DNA of 64,000 bases from Eledone cirrhosa (lineage: Eukaryota). Location: assembly GCA_964016885.1 (NCBI GenBank), contig OZ024742.1, forward strand, positions 229,524,001 to 229,588,000, given 5' to 3'. The position numbers were made by a program, and so were the translations under genes. The number at the start of each line of letters is the position of its first letter. Within the stretch, counting starts at the first letter, position 1. Positions 41,568-55,859 of this stretch are shown here, in pieces. Below the pieces are notes generated by a model, which did no database searches, was not told the origin of the DNA, and saw only the letters and a list, made by a program, of their open reading frames with translations.

Positions 41568-44205
41568 TGATTTCATTTATTGGCCACAAGGGCCGACATA
41601 TAGGGGACAATAAAAAAAACCGGCACAGTGGGTTTTACAGAAAAATCGAGTAAACAATATGAATAACAATAACAAAGTAACAATAACAAATAACAATAAA
41701 GTAACAAGAAAATTAAAACAAGAAAAAATTACCCAATAGGGGGGATAACCACCCAGGTTTCGCTCAGGTACCCCACCAATCCTGAACGACCCGACGCTTC
41801 GAGAGCACCCCTCTCCTCCTCAAATGTACCTACCTACAGCCGCATGACCAGAGTAGGACTACTCACACGGGCCATTCTCGCCACACTCACCCACCTTTCA
41901 GCAAATGTACTGGGGGGGGGGGGAGCACTTCTCTCTCCACCCCCACCTTTCTTTCCAAGTGAAACTTGAAGAAGTTGATGAGGGATTGGCCGAAGAGAAA
42001 AGTGTCTGTCTTCAGTCCTTTCAACCTCGTCCACCATACAACCTATTTCGCTACTGCCATCAGACAGAGGAAAATTGCCTGCCCTTCCTGGCGAAAAGAA
42101 GGCGGCGGGTCGATCTTCACTATGGACTCGGCCGATAGCGGGATCCGTTCTACACGCGACAACAGCTCTTCAACATAACTCCACAAGTCAGTAATGCACG
42201 GACACTGGACGAGTGCGTGCAGAACGGTTTCGTCGCTCTGCGCGCATCTCGGGCAGGTCCGTCTGACAGCACTTGCGTGCCTGTAGAGTTTATCTCGAAC
42301 CGGCAGTGCCCCCCGGTAGCACTGCCAAGCGGGGATTTTTGGAAATTATCCATCGTCCCCGGCTCAAAAGTCCTCCGGTGCAGACTGGTTAGTTCGACTT
42401 CGTTGACTCCCAGAGCCTCTCCGAGTGCGTCGTCGCACTTGCCCACCACTAATCCTCTATAGAACTCGAGAGTGGAAGTTCCACTGACCGCATTGCCCGC
42501 CTGGTAGAGGGCAGTGAGTGCCTGGTAACATTCCAGATGGCAGTCACCCAGTCTTGGTCTCTTCTTGATCCAGGACTGCAGTTCAGTCAAAGAAAGGAGC
42601 TGCGGAAAGGTCCGTCTGACAAACGGCGACCACACCTGTTCACCGTTTAGGCAGAATATCTGGAGATGCCGCAGCCTCGGAGCGTGCCTGCGCATCATTA
42701 GCCACGGCATGCCCAGCCCTCCACGTAGAGGGTGCTGGCAGCAGATGGACCGCCTCACCAGCGGAACCTGACCCCTCCACAAGAATTTGAAGAGGAGACG
42801 CTCCAGGATGGCGAGGCGCGAACGGGACAAAGGACGACGGTCAGACGGTAGTGGCTGACGGACGCAATGTAGGCGTTCGCAACCTCCGCCCGACCTTTCA
42901 GTGATAGCTTCATCCCAGCCTATTTCTGAGTGAGACTGGCTACCCTGCCCGTCACCTCGTCCCAATTCTTATCCACCTGGAGGTCTGGCCCGAACCAAAC
43001 CCCTAGCAAATTTACCGGTCCGTCCGTCCAGTGCCTAACGACGCTGTTGGACGGCATGGACTTGCCTCTCCAGGTGCCGAGCTGCAAGCCCACCGACTTT
43101 TCCGGGTTAAGTTTTGCCCCCGTCAATATTTCATATTCCTCCAATAAGTTGCCGACCACCTCGATTTCTGAAGTGTCCGAGACCATCACGGTGATGTCGT
43201 CCGCATAAGCCGACACAGTCTTTCCGCGTCCTGGTTCGAGCGGGATACCCTGCAACATCTCCAGCTTCCGCAGTAAAGGCTCGAGAGTCAATACGTACAG
43301 AAGGGAGGAGAGAGGGCACCCTTCACGTACCGATCGGGAGACCTGAAACGGTCCGAGAGGTGGCCATTAATTTTGACCATCGAGCAGGTGCCGCTGTGCA
43401 TTGCAGCGATCCAGCTTCTGAGACGGGGCCGAAGCCAGCCGTCTTGAGGACAGCCTCTAGGTACCGATGGTCGACCCTATCGAATGCTTTCGATTGATCT
43501 AAATTGATCAGAGCCCCACCGAAGCCAGGTTTACACCCAACCCTCTCTATGATGTATCGCATTAGGTGGAGGTTGTCGTGTATGGAACTGGTTGGGATTG
43601 CGCAAGTTTGCGCCTCCCCAACCAAATCCCCGACGACAACGCCAACCTCTTCGCTAACACCCTGGCCCAATTCTTAAACTCTGTGTTGAGAAGAGTTATG
43701 GGCCTGAAATTGTCTAATGTGTCCCTCTTGTTCTCGTCTTTCTTTATCAGCGTCACTACGCCCCTGCTCACAGAACTGAGAATACTCCCGTTTTGCTGCC
43801 AGTTGCAGTAGAGGGCTTCGAGGAGATTGGAGAACAAGTCTGGCATATTTACATAAAGCTCGTAGGGCAGACCATCCAAACCGGGTGACTTGCACCTCAT
43901 GCAGCCGACAAGGGCATCCTGAATCTCTGCTGAAGTAATTGGCCTTTCGCAGCGCCCAGCGTCAGCCGTCGAGAATTGCGGCAAGCCATCGATGTAGGGA
44001 CTGAAGTCCGCCACCGTCTCTGACCCGCCACTTCCCCCGAACAACCGAGCAAAATGTTGGCGAAAGGCCTCACACATCCGCTTGGAATCGCTCAACTCGT
44101 GTCCGTCTCGGTCCGTCAAAGACCGAATCGTGGTTTTATTACCACGCTGCGCCTCTGCCACGCGGGCCCATCGAACAGCTTTGGTTCCTTCGTTTCTCAG
44201 AGCAT
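41568..44205 (-). mobile_element. 5'-truncated Tx1 copy (RT to 3' end), frameshifted
   Basis: KSPGLDGLPYE, NFRPITLLN, DQSKAFDRV, SAYADD; 3' end GTGGCCAATAAATGAAATC(ATT)n. Confidence 0.92.
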
Positions 44206-44214
44206 AAAAGGAAT

Positions 44215-44416
44215 AAAAATAATAATAATTGTTTCTACTTTTGGCACAAGGCCAGCAAATCCCCAGTGCATTACTGGTACTTTATTGTATCGACTCCGTA
44301 AGGATGAAAGGCAAAGTTAACCTCGGCGGGATTTGAACTCAGATCATACAGAGAAGTAACTCTATGCTTCAAAGCATGGCGTCCGACCCTCAACCGATAC
44401 TGCCAATCCACCGCCT
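44215..44416 (-). mobile_element. Full tRNA-derived SINE
   Basis: Same family as 9678-9872. Confidence 0.85.
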
Positions 44417-44434
44417 TAAAAATAATAATGATAT

Positions 44435-45050
44435 TTATAAACCTTTGGTAATAGACATTCCTTTGCTATTAGCCGGCGTCACGGTAAACATTAAGGAGGG
44501 CAGAAAAATCCTTGCTGTTTACCAAATAAGTAAGGACAATTGGTTGGAGATAGCAGTGGAAATATTACTACAAACAACACACAAAAATGTAGACGCCAAC
44601 CACGAACAACTACACCATTCAGGCGGTATCATATTACCAATAACAGTCGAAGGGGGAAGAGCCAGGTGTCACATCTGTCTCTCCACAAAACACCTGAGAG
44701 CATCCTGCCCTTCATTCAAAACCAACGAAAAGAAACCTCCGCTCCTACCAATACCAAAAAACCACAACAACTTCTAGGATACACACACAAAAGAAGACAG
44801 CAACAACAACAACTCCAGTAGCAGCACCCAGATTGAACAAAACAGCAACACCATCACCGGCAAGTCCAACGCAGAAAAAAAACGATACAACCAACACCAA
44901 CGACACCAATACTCATTGGTTGCATGCCTCTCCCCGAGGGTACACATGGTATCAAATGGCAATCATTCTGTTCTCCCAAAAATAAACAAAAAAAGAAATG
45001 ATTTTCAGTCTTCGCCCTCAAAAAAATGAAGACAAAAGAGCCAAAAAATT
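44435..45050 (+). pseudogene. Decayed Tx1-type ORF1 fragment
   Basis: ITVEGGRARCHICLSTKHLRASCP..KPPLLPIP aligns with IIVEGRRPACYLCMERGHVKANCP..KGLLPTP of ORF1. Confidence 0.7.
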
Positions 45051-45051
45051 C

Positions 45052-45380
45052 CCGTTCAAATCCCGCCGAGGTTAACTTTGCCTTTCATCCTTTCGGGGTC
45101 GATATAATAAAGTATCACTAACGCACTGGGGTTGATTTAATCGTCTTTCCCTTTCCGCCCAAAAAGTTGGCCTTGTACCTAAATGCGAAACCATATTAGC
45201 AGTATCGGTAGAGGGTCGGACGCCATGCTTTCCAGCATAGTTACGTGCCTTTACGGTCTGAGTTCAAATCCCGCCGAGGTTGACTTTGCCTTTCATCCTT
45301 ACGGGGTCGATAAAATAAAGTACCAGTAATGCACTGGGTATTTGCTGGCCTTGTACCTAAAGTAGAAACAATTATTATCA
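45052..45380 (+). mobile_element. Two SINE copies (partial + near full)
   Basis: GTTCAAATCCCGCCGAGG..GCCTTTCATCCTT.CGGGGTCGATA occurs twice. Confidence 0.8.
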
Positions 45381-47079
45381 GAAACAATTATTATCATATT
45401 ATTATCATATTATCAGAACACCAGCACCATAACCACCACCACCACCACCAACACAACAACAACAATAATAATAATAAATATATAGAAATTTAAAGAAAAT
45501 TACTAATTCCCAAAGACTGAAGCTGAGATGATAAACTCTCGAAAACGAAAACGAACAAGTGTAATCAGTTACTACAGTTGGAGATTATTCAAATGTTGTC
45601 ATTTCCATAGAGCTGTCCCAGAGGTTAATTAAGTTTTCCTAAATATATTCAACTAACTATAGTAAATAATATATATTTTGTATTATATATATTAATACGG
45701 TGTCAAGCTACGATAATCTACCCATGACGATACTGTCAATTCTGTGTCTAAAATTCAGTATATAACTAACAGTTATGATATAATTTGATAAATACCAACA
45801 CATTAAAATCCTAGGAAATGGATGTCACTCTAACTAATAGTGGATTATAACTAGATTGTCCGTCATTTTTTATTGTAATCATTGTATTTCTACTCTATGG
45901 TATTGCTAGCTTATATAGATAATTCATCGTTCGCACCCAAAAAATAAAGCAATTTCTTAGAAAAGGAGCAAATAAAAAAAGTAATTTCATTTCAAATCAG
46001 TCAACAGATTCTTATCTAAGAACTCAACGGGATAATCTCTTACCGATGACGTGATTATGAGAAAACACAAGGTGTCGATTTCTTCATCACCAGAATTGGC
46101 CGCTCAAATGTATACGAAGAATTAGGAGAAAGAGAGGCCATACATACATAGATACATACATATATATATGCCTACATACATACACACACACACATACGTA
46201 CACACATACATTCATATATACATATATACTTACATACACACGTATAGATTTAGAAACATGCACATGCGCACACATAACTCAACACATAAGAAGCCACATA
46301 CGAAAGTACATCAGTACCTGCAAAAACTCACACAAACGCATACATACCTACTTAATTACCTAGCTTACGTCTAAATTCCAATAATAGAATCTTGTATCGC
46401 TGTTAGAATCCGGCTCTTGGTAAGAAATTAATAATGACAAAAAATATATAAAATGAAGAACATACATACATATATACATACATACACATACAAACATGTA
46501 TGATGGTTGAAAACTCTGCTAAGGATATTGCAATCGCTTGTCAGATTATAGAGTTTGCTGCACTTTTAGGCTACAGCCAGCCACACAAACCTGTAACATA
46601 TCCTGAACAAGCAATGCCTTTACTTTGAAGGTTTTTTAAGTGGGGAAAGGTCTTGCACTCAACTAATCCCACTCTATGAACATCAAAAACACTACCCGAA
46701 AAGGAGAACTGGTCAACATCATCGGATGATTCCGAAGCCGGGTCTTGTATTTTATCCAGCAGGGTGTCCAAATATTACCCTCCTCACCAAAGCAAGCTTG
46801 GTGGGTTTCCGTCAGTTCCGATGAGGTTTACAATTTTTGGAATAATGGAATATCCTGATCGTGAAATAAACGTGTAAGTGGTTAAGCATTCTGTAGACAC
46901 GTGCCCTCATAACGTACTTCTCATGGGTATTTAGTGTAATAAAGCGTGTAACAAGGCTGGCCTTGTGAAATACAGTTATATGTATATGTATATATATTTT
47001 TTGTACAAAACGATGATTGTTTTATTATTTGCTATACATAAACATATTTTATCAACTATATTTTACAAAAAGAAGTTAT

Positions 47080-48030
47080 GCAATGATGGTATGCGTGCTT
47101 GGTCTCCAGGCATTTTCTAAGGCTTTCAAGGGAATTGGGGAGCCGAGAATGCAAGCGATGTCTGTTGATGTTAGCAAAGACCCGGAAAGGACAGGATAGA
47201 TGCTGAGTACAACGTCGTGGAATTCATCCTCTCCGTAGTTAACGTTTACCACATTCGACTTGGATGGGTTGATCTAGAATCCGAGGAGATTTAGAGCTGG
47301 GATGATTAGCTGCAGGTCCTCAACTACCGGCACAGCCGAGTTACCCAGAGTCACGTCGTCCAGGTACCAAACATTGAAGAGCAACCAGCGCAAAGAGGCC
47401 AGCACATACACCGCAGCCGAAAAGTGGCCCGCAATTAATTTGTTGTTTACTCTGTCCAAGAGACATTTAGAGCAGTCTGAAGTGGACTGGGTCCGCTGTG
47501 TCGCTGTGGTGGGCAGCATGAGAGGGCCGAGAGTCTCGCTGGCGAAGTGTTCTAGAAAGAAGTGAAATTGCCGTTGAGCCTCGAAGCGCTCGATCACACC
47601 ACCACTATTAGGTTCCCTGCCATCGGGATTCCGAGTGCGAGGGTCGCAAAACTGAGCAGTTTAGTCCAGTCTTGAGGGCCGCGAGAGCCAAGCGATCGAT
47701 CAAAAGACGATGCTAGCACTTCACCCGCAAGAGTGCGGGAAGCTTTAGAGACCCTGGTGATGACTCTCTCCGACTGCCCGAGGCGGGAGATCACCGCTAG
47801 GGCCTCGTCCGCGTCGAACAGCATCGGGTCTCCGTTGTGTTGGGCACATGATGCCACATGTAGCGTCGAAGGTGATAGATATTGTAGGCACTTCCACTGG
47901 TGCAGGGATTCCGACGCGCACCGAGTGACCTTGGAGCAAGAAAGCTGGAAGAAGCTGTTGTAGCAGTTCCGTTCTTTTTTGCTCCGGTTGCGCGTGGCGC
48001 ACGCGTGGCACAGATTGACTTCCCGTGGAG
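47080..48030 (-). pseudogene. Internally deleted CRE-clade non-LTR retrotransposon
   Basis: VITRVSKASRTLAGEVL..WTKLLSFATLALGIP, followed by FNVWYLDDVTLG and LLGF*INPSKS. YLDD is typical of CRE RTs. Confidence 0.65.
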
Positions 48031-50026
48031 TGGAAGGCTGAGGTGGTAGGTATTTTAACTAGGGTGTTGGAGGTGGAGGCAGAAAATTGTAATTGGAGAG
48101 AGTATGGGCGTGGATTGTATATGTGTGGAGGATATAATGACGAAGAAGTAGAGAATGGTTGGTGTGAATAGGTGTTGGGATAGAGATAGGTGATGGAGAG
48201 CTGAGTTCATTCGAGCAACGTAACATAAAGGAACTTGTTGAAAGACACAACACGCTCATATATAATAATTGTGGATGCAGGTCTGGCTTCATAATCACGA
48301 AGTTCTTGCTTCGATCGCACTGCGTTGCATATTTGGCAATTGATTTTACCATAGCCTTCAAAGGCTAATGAGTGATGTCGGGTAGACAGAAACTGTATGG
48401 AAGCCTGTCAGATGAACTGTTCCCGTAATTCAAAGGTGCTGCTCTGTCACATTGCGTTACGCTGTGGAATACTCAACTTCCCTCAAGTTAATTCACATTC
48501 AATTGATCGACCGGCTGAAAGACCATCGTAGAATTTTACGGAGGATCCTTCATGATTTTGGTGGAATGAATACAAAATATGTAGAACTGTTTTCTAGCTA
48601 AACTATATCCACGTTAGATTCCTTCTCACTCGACCTTGTTCTCCAGACCGAATCCGTATTTTCCTGAAAACAACCAGCAGTGGGATTTCTACTACTTTAG
48701 TATTTCTTTGTACACTGCCGATTAATTGAGGCGTTCATATGTTTACTAACATATATTGTAACCACGAGTCGGACGTTCAGTTGATCGAGCAACTGAATGC
48801 TTATCGTCGAAACTGACGGATTTATCCATCATTTTTTGATTGTCTCAAAGAGAAAAGAAATAAGAGTATTTGTGTTAAAAATTCCGTGTGTGAATTTCCA
48901 TAAATATTCCTGAATGAAACTTAGTTTCATCACCTTTCTTGATATGAAGATTAAAATCGATGTCTATATATTTCAATATATTTCACCATCGAATTTTTAT
49001 TCACTGACGCACACACATATTAATAACCATAAAAAGATCAGGTCACGTTTAAAAGCACAGGCCTTCTTTCAATTTCCATTCGAGATGATCGGTGTCAAAC
49101 GCGACAATGCAGACAGCAAATAATTGAAACAGAGCAAAATAATATCCGAAGTGAATTACGATTACTCTACAATAGACATAACGGTGAGATACGTTACACC
49201 TGTTTCCACGCTACAACACTCCTGATTATCATGGCAGAAGAATGAAGTTATCAGGCAGAAAATAACACAAATTCAAATAGCATCCGTAGGTCAGATTTAT
49301 ATAAACGATTTTATGCCTTGTCCTCATATGTTATTATTATCATTATTACTATAATTCTCGAATCATCATCATCATCCTAATCATCGTCATCAATCATCAT
49401 CATCAATGTCATCATCGTCGTCATCCTGATCATCATCACCACTACCACCACGACCACCACCACCGCCATCATCATCAGCAGCAGCATCATAATCATCATC
49501 ATTATCATCTTCGATATTGTTTTTGTTATATGAATGTCTTTGCGGTTTGTTAGATTTAAATTCTGATTGATGTAGCGAGAATCAACACGAAGGGTTGATG
49601 CAATGGTTCAAACCCCATCAGCAACATTGAAAACATACCGATACAAGGGATAAAATTGATATGTTAACAGTACACTGACTCAACTGTATCCGATTTTCTC
49701 AGTTATTATCTATAGTGATCGGCTATTATAATGGTCAAAGGTGTTTGGATCGACAGATATACATTATAAATTTTCCCAATGCCTCTTAAGTCAACTGTTT
49801 TGTTTACACGTCTAATAGAAAGGGAATGCTCGTCAAAAGCTCTTTAACGTAGTGGTTGACTTTATATATATATATATTGTTATACTTTGGGAGGGTCATG
49901 TTGCCAATAAGAAACACACGCACCAGTTGCTTTCACTTCAATTTATTATAATAAATTTATAATAAATTTATAATAAAATTATAATAAATTTATAATAAAC
50001 TTATAATAAATTTATAATAAATTTAT

Positions 50027-50118
<92 letters not shown>

Positions 50119-50170
50119 ACATGTACAAAATCTAGATTGCCAGCAAAATTAATGAATTAATAATTATATA

Positions 50171-50266
<96 letters not shown>

Positions 50267-50318
50267 AAAATGTTCAAGAACCCGACGGCAGAACTCGAGC
50301 CGTTTCGACGGCTATTTT

Positions 50319-50351
<33 letters not shown>

Positions 50352-50576
50352 GCACACAGAGATACGTAAAATCCCGACCGCAGCGCCGCTCTACATCTCC
50401 TTTGTATTGAGTACTCACATGATTGGTGGTCTCCTCGCACCACAAACTCTCTCTCTCTCTCTTTTTCTCTTTCTCTTTCTCTGTCTCTCTCTCTTTTTCT
50501 CTCTCTGTCGATATGTAAATATATATATATATATGAGCTCAGCCGTCGGGGTCTTACTTGTTCCTATATATATATA

Positions 50577-50636
<60 letters not shown>

Positions 50637-50641
<5 letters not shown>

Positions 50642-51026
50642 CAAATGGAAACTATATTTATAAAACCATATATATTTCATTATACATATTTCAACGACAG
50701 CAAAGCAAATTATGGTGCGCTTTCATGAGATAAAATATAAAATAGAATATAGACTAACCGGGAGCTTCCAACCGACATGGTCGCATTCTTTAAGGGTATG
50801 TCAATATTTGTTTATAAAACTGATCTATATTATATTTTATCTGATTAAAGCGCACCATAATTTTCTTTGGTGTCCTTGAAATATGTATAATGAAATAAAT
50901 ATGGTTTTATAAATATAGCTTCCATTTGTTAATATATTGTATTTTTACTCCAAAAATTTGTTGAGTGCTTTATATCAGTTATAAAAATATTTGCTTGTTG
51001 TATCCCAACAAATTAAATATAACTTC

Positions 51027-51029
<3 letters not shown>
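50637..51029. mobile_element. Foldback element with two mutated hammerheads (50673-50737 minus; 50833-50897 plus), in (TA)n
   Basis: Arms about 50637-50745 / 50827-50934. Cores CTCATGA and CTGATTA give consensus CTGATGA; GAAATATGTATA; TTGAGTGCT tail. Confidence 0.78.
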
Positions 51030-51097
<68 letters not shown>

Positions 51098-51149
51098 TGT
51101 ACAAGAATGTATATGAATTTCTACATATACATACATGCACACAATTACA

Positions 51150-51209
<60 letters not shown>

Positions 51210-51342
51210 CCATCGGTTTCAAGGGAGTGTTCCAATTCGGTTCACGGAGAGCTCATAAAATTAATGTGTAAATGGGCATTCCACATACACGCGTATCCTT
51301 AACAAAATTCCTTGGAAGATTCTGCGTGATACAGTGCATTAT

Positions 51343-51410
<68 letters not shown>

Positions 51411-52349
51411 TTGTGTGTGTGTATGTGTGTGTTGGTGTGTGTGTGTGCGTGTGTGTGAATGTGTGTGTATACATTAAACTTTAATCAACTAAGCAAGACC
51501 TCGTGATAAAGAAGAAATTTATAACGTTAACGTCCATGAGTCTTCTATGTTCCAAACGCCAGTGAAAACAGATTTAACGATATTGTTAATAATGGTTCAA
51601 GAATAAACTCGTGTCGGACATCTAGGAATCGATTTTCCTTCAGTTCTTTTATTCATTGATTCAATACGCTGACAAATTTGTTTAAACAGACAGAAATGTA
51701 ACTAAAAGCTTTGCTTCTAGGATTACTGTCTCTTTTCAGCCGTCCGTTAAATGGCACTTTGTAAGCATAAATCTTTGCAGTACAGCAATCAAGTTTCCTT
51801 TTCTTTTCACCAACACCAAGGTTTATATTTTTAAGTTGAAATGTACAGTCAATTGAACTGACCACAATAGATTACATATATTTGTGCTGATGAAATATAA
51901 ATTCAATACGCCTGACTAAATTTGACCATAGAAAATTTAGGTGTTGTTGAACCTCCATCATTTCCGACGACGAATGCTCCAGTTGATCTAATCAATAGGA
52001 TTGCATGCTCGTGAAATTAACATCTAACAGGAGGAGCATTCGACAGACGCGTGTACACTCAGGCTGACACACTACGATTCAGTCTGGTACAATATGTAAC
52101 AATATTAGCCCCTTGATTTACTTTATCTTAGCTGGCTTGTAAGGAAATCAATCAATTTCAGAATTCAGTTTTTCTCTCATTAATGGTACACATTTCACCA
52201 TTTCCATCACCCTATTTATCAATAAGAATTATTACATGGGTGTCACACTTATCGTAATTAATAATATTTTAGTGTGGTTAGAGTGGAGGATTGCTGAACC
52301 TTAAAGGAGCACAGTTTCAAACACATACCTATGATTTAACAAAACATAT

Positions 52350-52537
52350 AATAATTGTTTCTACTTTTGGCACAAGGCCAGTAATTACCCCAGTGAATTG
52401 CTGGTGTTTTATTTCATCGACCCCATAAGAATGAAAGCAAAGTTGACCACGGTGGGATCTGAATTCAGATCGTAAAGGGCCGTAACTCTATGCTGCAAAG
52501 CATGGTGTCCGACCCTCTACCGTTACTGCCAATCCAC
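52350..52537 (-). mobile_element. tRNA-derived SINE
   Basis: Family match. Confidence 0.8.
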
Positions 52538-52559
52538 TCGACAATCAATATATAAATCA

Positions 52560-54700
52560 TCAATCATCGTTGCCGTGTAGTAGAGTTGTGGTAATATTTG
52601 ACATCACAGAAACGGGCGTAATTACCTGTCACATGATTTGGCGTGGGTTAACGTGGACTGTGTAGTGGAAATTCAGCCTTATAAATTTTCTTCATGTAGT
52701 TAGAGCAAGGTGTGACAAAACTAAGTTCGTCATCTTATCAAACGGTGATTGAGATTATTTTATTTGGGAGAGATGAGTGCACATTGAAGAGCTAGTATAG
52801 GGCTCTAAATATCCAGGCACTTCTGTGTGGTACCGAAACCAATATATTCATGTGGTCCAGCCAGTCAATCAAAATCTTTAATTGCCGTAATCTTCAAATC
52901 ATTAAACCATCTTGCTACCAATGATTTTATCAGTTATCACGCCAGAAAAATGATGAGGTCTACTTTATTGACATCTTACCCATTGCTAGCCTGCAATATA
53001 AACTATATGGCGTGTTTCTTTATGGACGATTTGTATTACGGTTTACAGAATGCAGTTCTGTTATGTTCCAGTATGATGCTACCGAGATTTATGTTACAGC
53101 TGACACTGTGAATTTGTTTATAGAACAGATAGTGCGCTTGTTATTGAAATTAGATTTTAATATTTTAATGTTTTCCGTTCGCAATCGCATAGCATTCTCA
53201 CACTGAATTATCATTATCTATATCCAAATATTCGTGCAATGTGGAATTGGAAAGCACTTCTATGATATAATCTCTTCTCAGTTGAGTTAGAAATCATCGG
53301 CTTCACTGTCCAACCAGATGTGAATAGACGTTAAAATTCATTTTCCAACTTAGTAGTAATAGATATAGGATGAAATGAACTTGAAAGATTACAATAGATA
53401 TTCCTGAGGCAATGAATTTTATAGACAAGGTTTCTTATAAGTTGCTTGTCACTTCGTCATTGTTGCTTTAATGAAGATCATCATGGTGTCAACAAATCAA
53501 ACTGATATAATACTGGTATTTCCATTAAACAGCCATGTGCGATCTAATCAAAATCTTTGATATGGGTGACACAAGCATATCTAAAAGATTGCATTTTCGC
53601 ATTTTAGCATAATTCAGAACAACCTTGTTAACAAGGAGCTGGTTAACTGTCTCGTAGGACTTGAGCGCATATCCTATTCATTCTAGAGTAATTATATTGC
53701 TTTTTGTTAGCCAGTAAACTATACACTGCTCGATAAAACATTATACTGTTGAGTAAAAGTGGCTGTTTTAGTCGCTGATCTGCGATCTTAAGAACCATTT
53801 TGGTTTCAAATGACAATTTTTTTTAACCTTAAAGGTTCTCCTCTGAAGCACAAGCTATTTTCAGAATAGTGATGAGTGATAGGCTAATGTATCATCTGTT
53901 GTGCTGTTCATGTACATAATTGTTGTTCTACCGGGAAGGAGTTATCTATTAATTCGGTTGGGAATGTTGAAGACATTGTTCAAGATGGCCGTTTTCTAGG
54001 AATGTTGTATATTAAATAAAAACCACCAAATTCTGTGACAACACCGAACAATGTTTTCAATTCGTAGTAGAGGGAAGACATGTGAAATAGTGGTGAGTAT
54101 GTTAGGCTTACGATCGGTGGCATACTGTGTCTTTGAGCAAAACACTTTATTTCACGTTGTTCGAGTTTACTTAGGTGGCAAAAATGATGAGTGCAACCTT
54201 GTCAGGTATTACATAAATCACACGGAATCTTTTCGAGAATCACATTAACATTCTGTGGAATGCTTAGCCACACGGATGTTAATTTCACGAGCAGTCTATG
54301 CTGTCGAGCAAACAAATGGAGCATCCATCATCGGAAAAGACGGAGATCCATCTCACTTCAACCTAGTTCTGCTATTTTCTGGAAGGTCCTTATGTTTGTT
54401 CTAGAACTTTTACGGTTTCAGAAGCTCGTTGATGTAAACCTCTAATCAGATATTTTAATGCTTTTAGTGAGACACTTTTAACATTACTGTTGTCCCTTCG
54501 TACTCCCGCAGCCTGCTATTGTTTTAGTTCGTCTGAGATATGTATTTAAGAATGTGGTTTTACATGGTCCTATAGTGGGTATCTGGCATGTTTTTAACTT
54601 GTTACTTTGAGGTGAACGATTGTTCACGCATAACTTTTAATGTCTTATTTAAAACGGATACTATTTGAAATTTGAAATTTAAAAATATAGTTATAACAAT
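52560..54700 (-). pseudogene. Highly decayed LINE (possibly RTE-type), interrupted by an old SINE
   Basis: Only scattered RT-like remnants (VLQ.G-like near 53835, DFVD..DD-like near 53485); no continuous frame. Confidence 0.3.
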
Positions 54701-54711
54701 GCAAATAACTA

Positions 54712-54895
54712 TAATAATTGTTTCTATTTTTGGCAGAAAGCCAACAATTATCCCAGTGCATTACTGGTGCTTTATTTCATCGATCACGTAAGGAGGAAAC
54801 GCAAAGTTAACCTCGGCGGGTTTGAACTCAGACCGTAAAGGACTATGATGTAAAGCATGGCGTCCGACCCTCTACCGATACTGTCAACCCACCGC
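54712..54895 (-). mobile_element. tRNA-derived SINE
   Basis: Family match. Confidence 0.8.
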
Positions 54896-55859
54896 AAATA
54901 AGTATAATAGTCATTGAATAAAGCAACAAAAGTATCCTTGTAGATGCATGCAAGGAATATTTATTGTAAAACCATTCAAGTATATTTTGGGTTTTACCAT
55001 TTTTCTGTTGTATATAACCATTTATTGTTATGTATTTTTGCAAATGTTATTAGAAGTATTATATAGTGCTATCGGGGTTATTTTACTTGCTTCGATACGG
55101 CGAGTATGCATTCTATGTTTTAATTTACTTTTCCACTTATCTACCGTATGTTGATAACCCCTGTCTTATCTGAAATATATATTGTTTATTTAATCCGACA
55201 AAATATATTGCTATGAGTATGAAACTGTATAGAAAATTGTTTAACTGATTAATACAACTGGACATTTTAATGTTGTGTTTTATTATCTCCCCCGAAACAT
55301 TGTGATAGCGTCCTTCAGACTATATTGGTCTTTAAAAGAGTGTCACTTCAAATTTTGCTTGCTGCAATATATTAAAGATACGTCAATTTCTTGTAAATAT
55401 TTTAGGAAGTGTTGATACATCCATTGCTAGCCTCTTTTTATCCAGCTGCTGCGGTATATTGTCGAATTCAGGCAGCGGCAGAGAACAGATTTGAGGTCAC
55501 TGAAGTAATATAATGACCGGAAGTGATAATATCTACACAATTAATTATGTTGTAGATATCCGAGTCGGAAACTGTATGATTAATATCACTATTAACCCTG
55601 TTATTGTCAATTTTGACGACCAGGTTCGAGTGATGTAGCAGTGCTCTTTTGGAAAGGTCAGGACTTAGATATAAGAACGATTTTCCTAGACCTGGAAGAT
55701 ACATCGATGGCCCTGGACGTGAGTATCAGTGCAGAAGATGGGTTCTTTTTAGACTATTGACAGATTATGCAGCAACAGAAGATAGAAGACTGAACGTCTA
55801 TAGATTTTCAGAGATTTTTCTGAGAAGATTTCATTCATGTGAGTGGGTTGTTGGAACGA

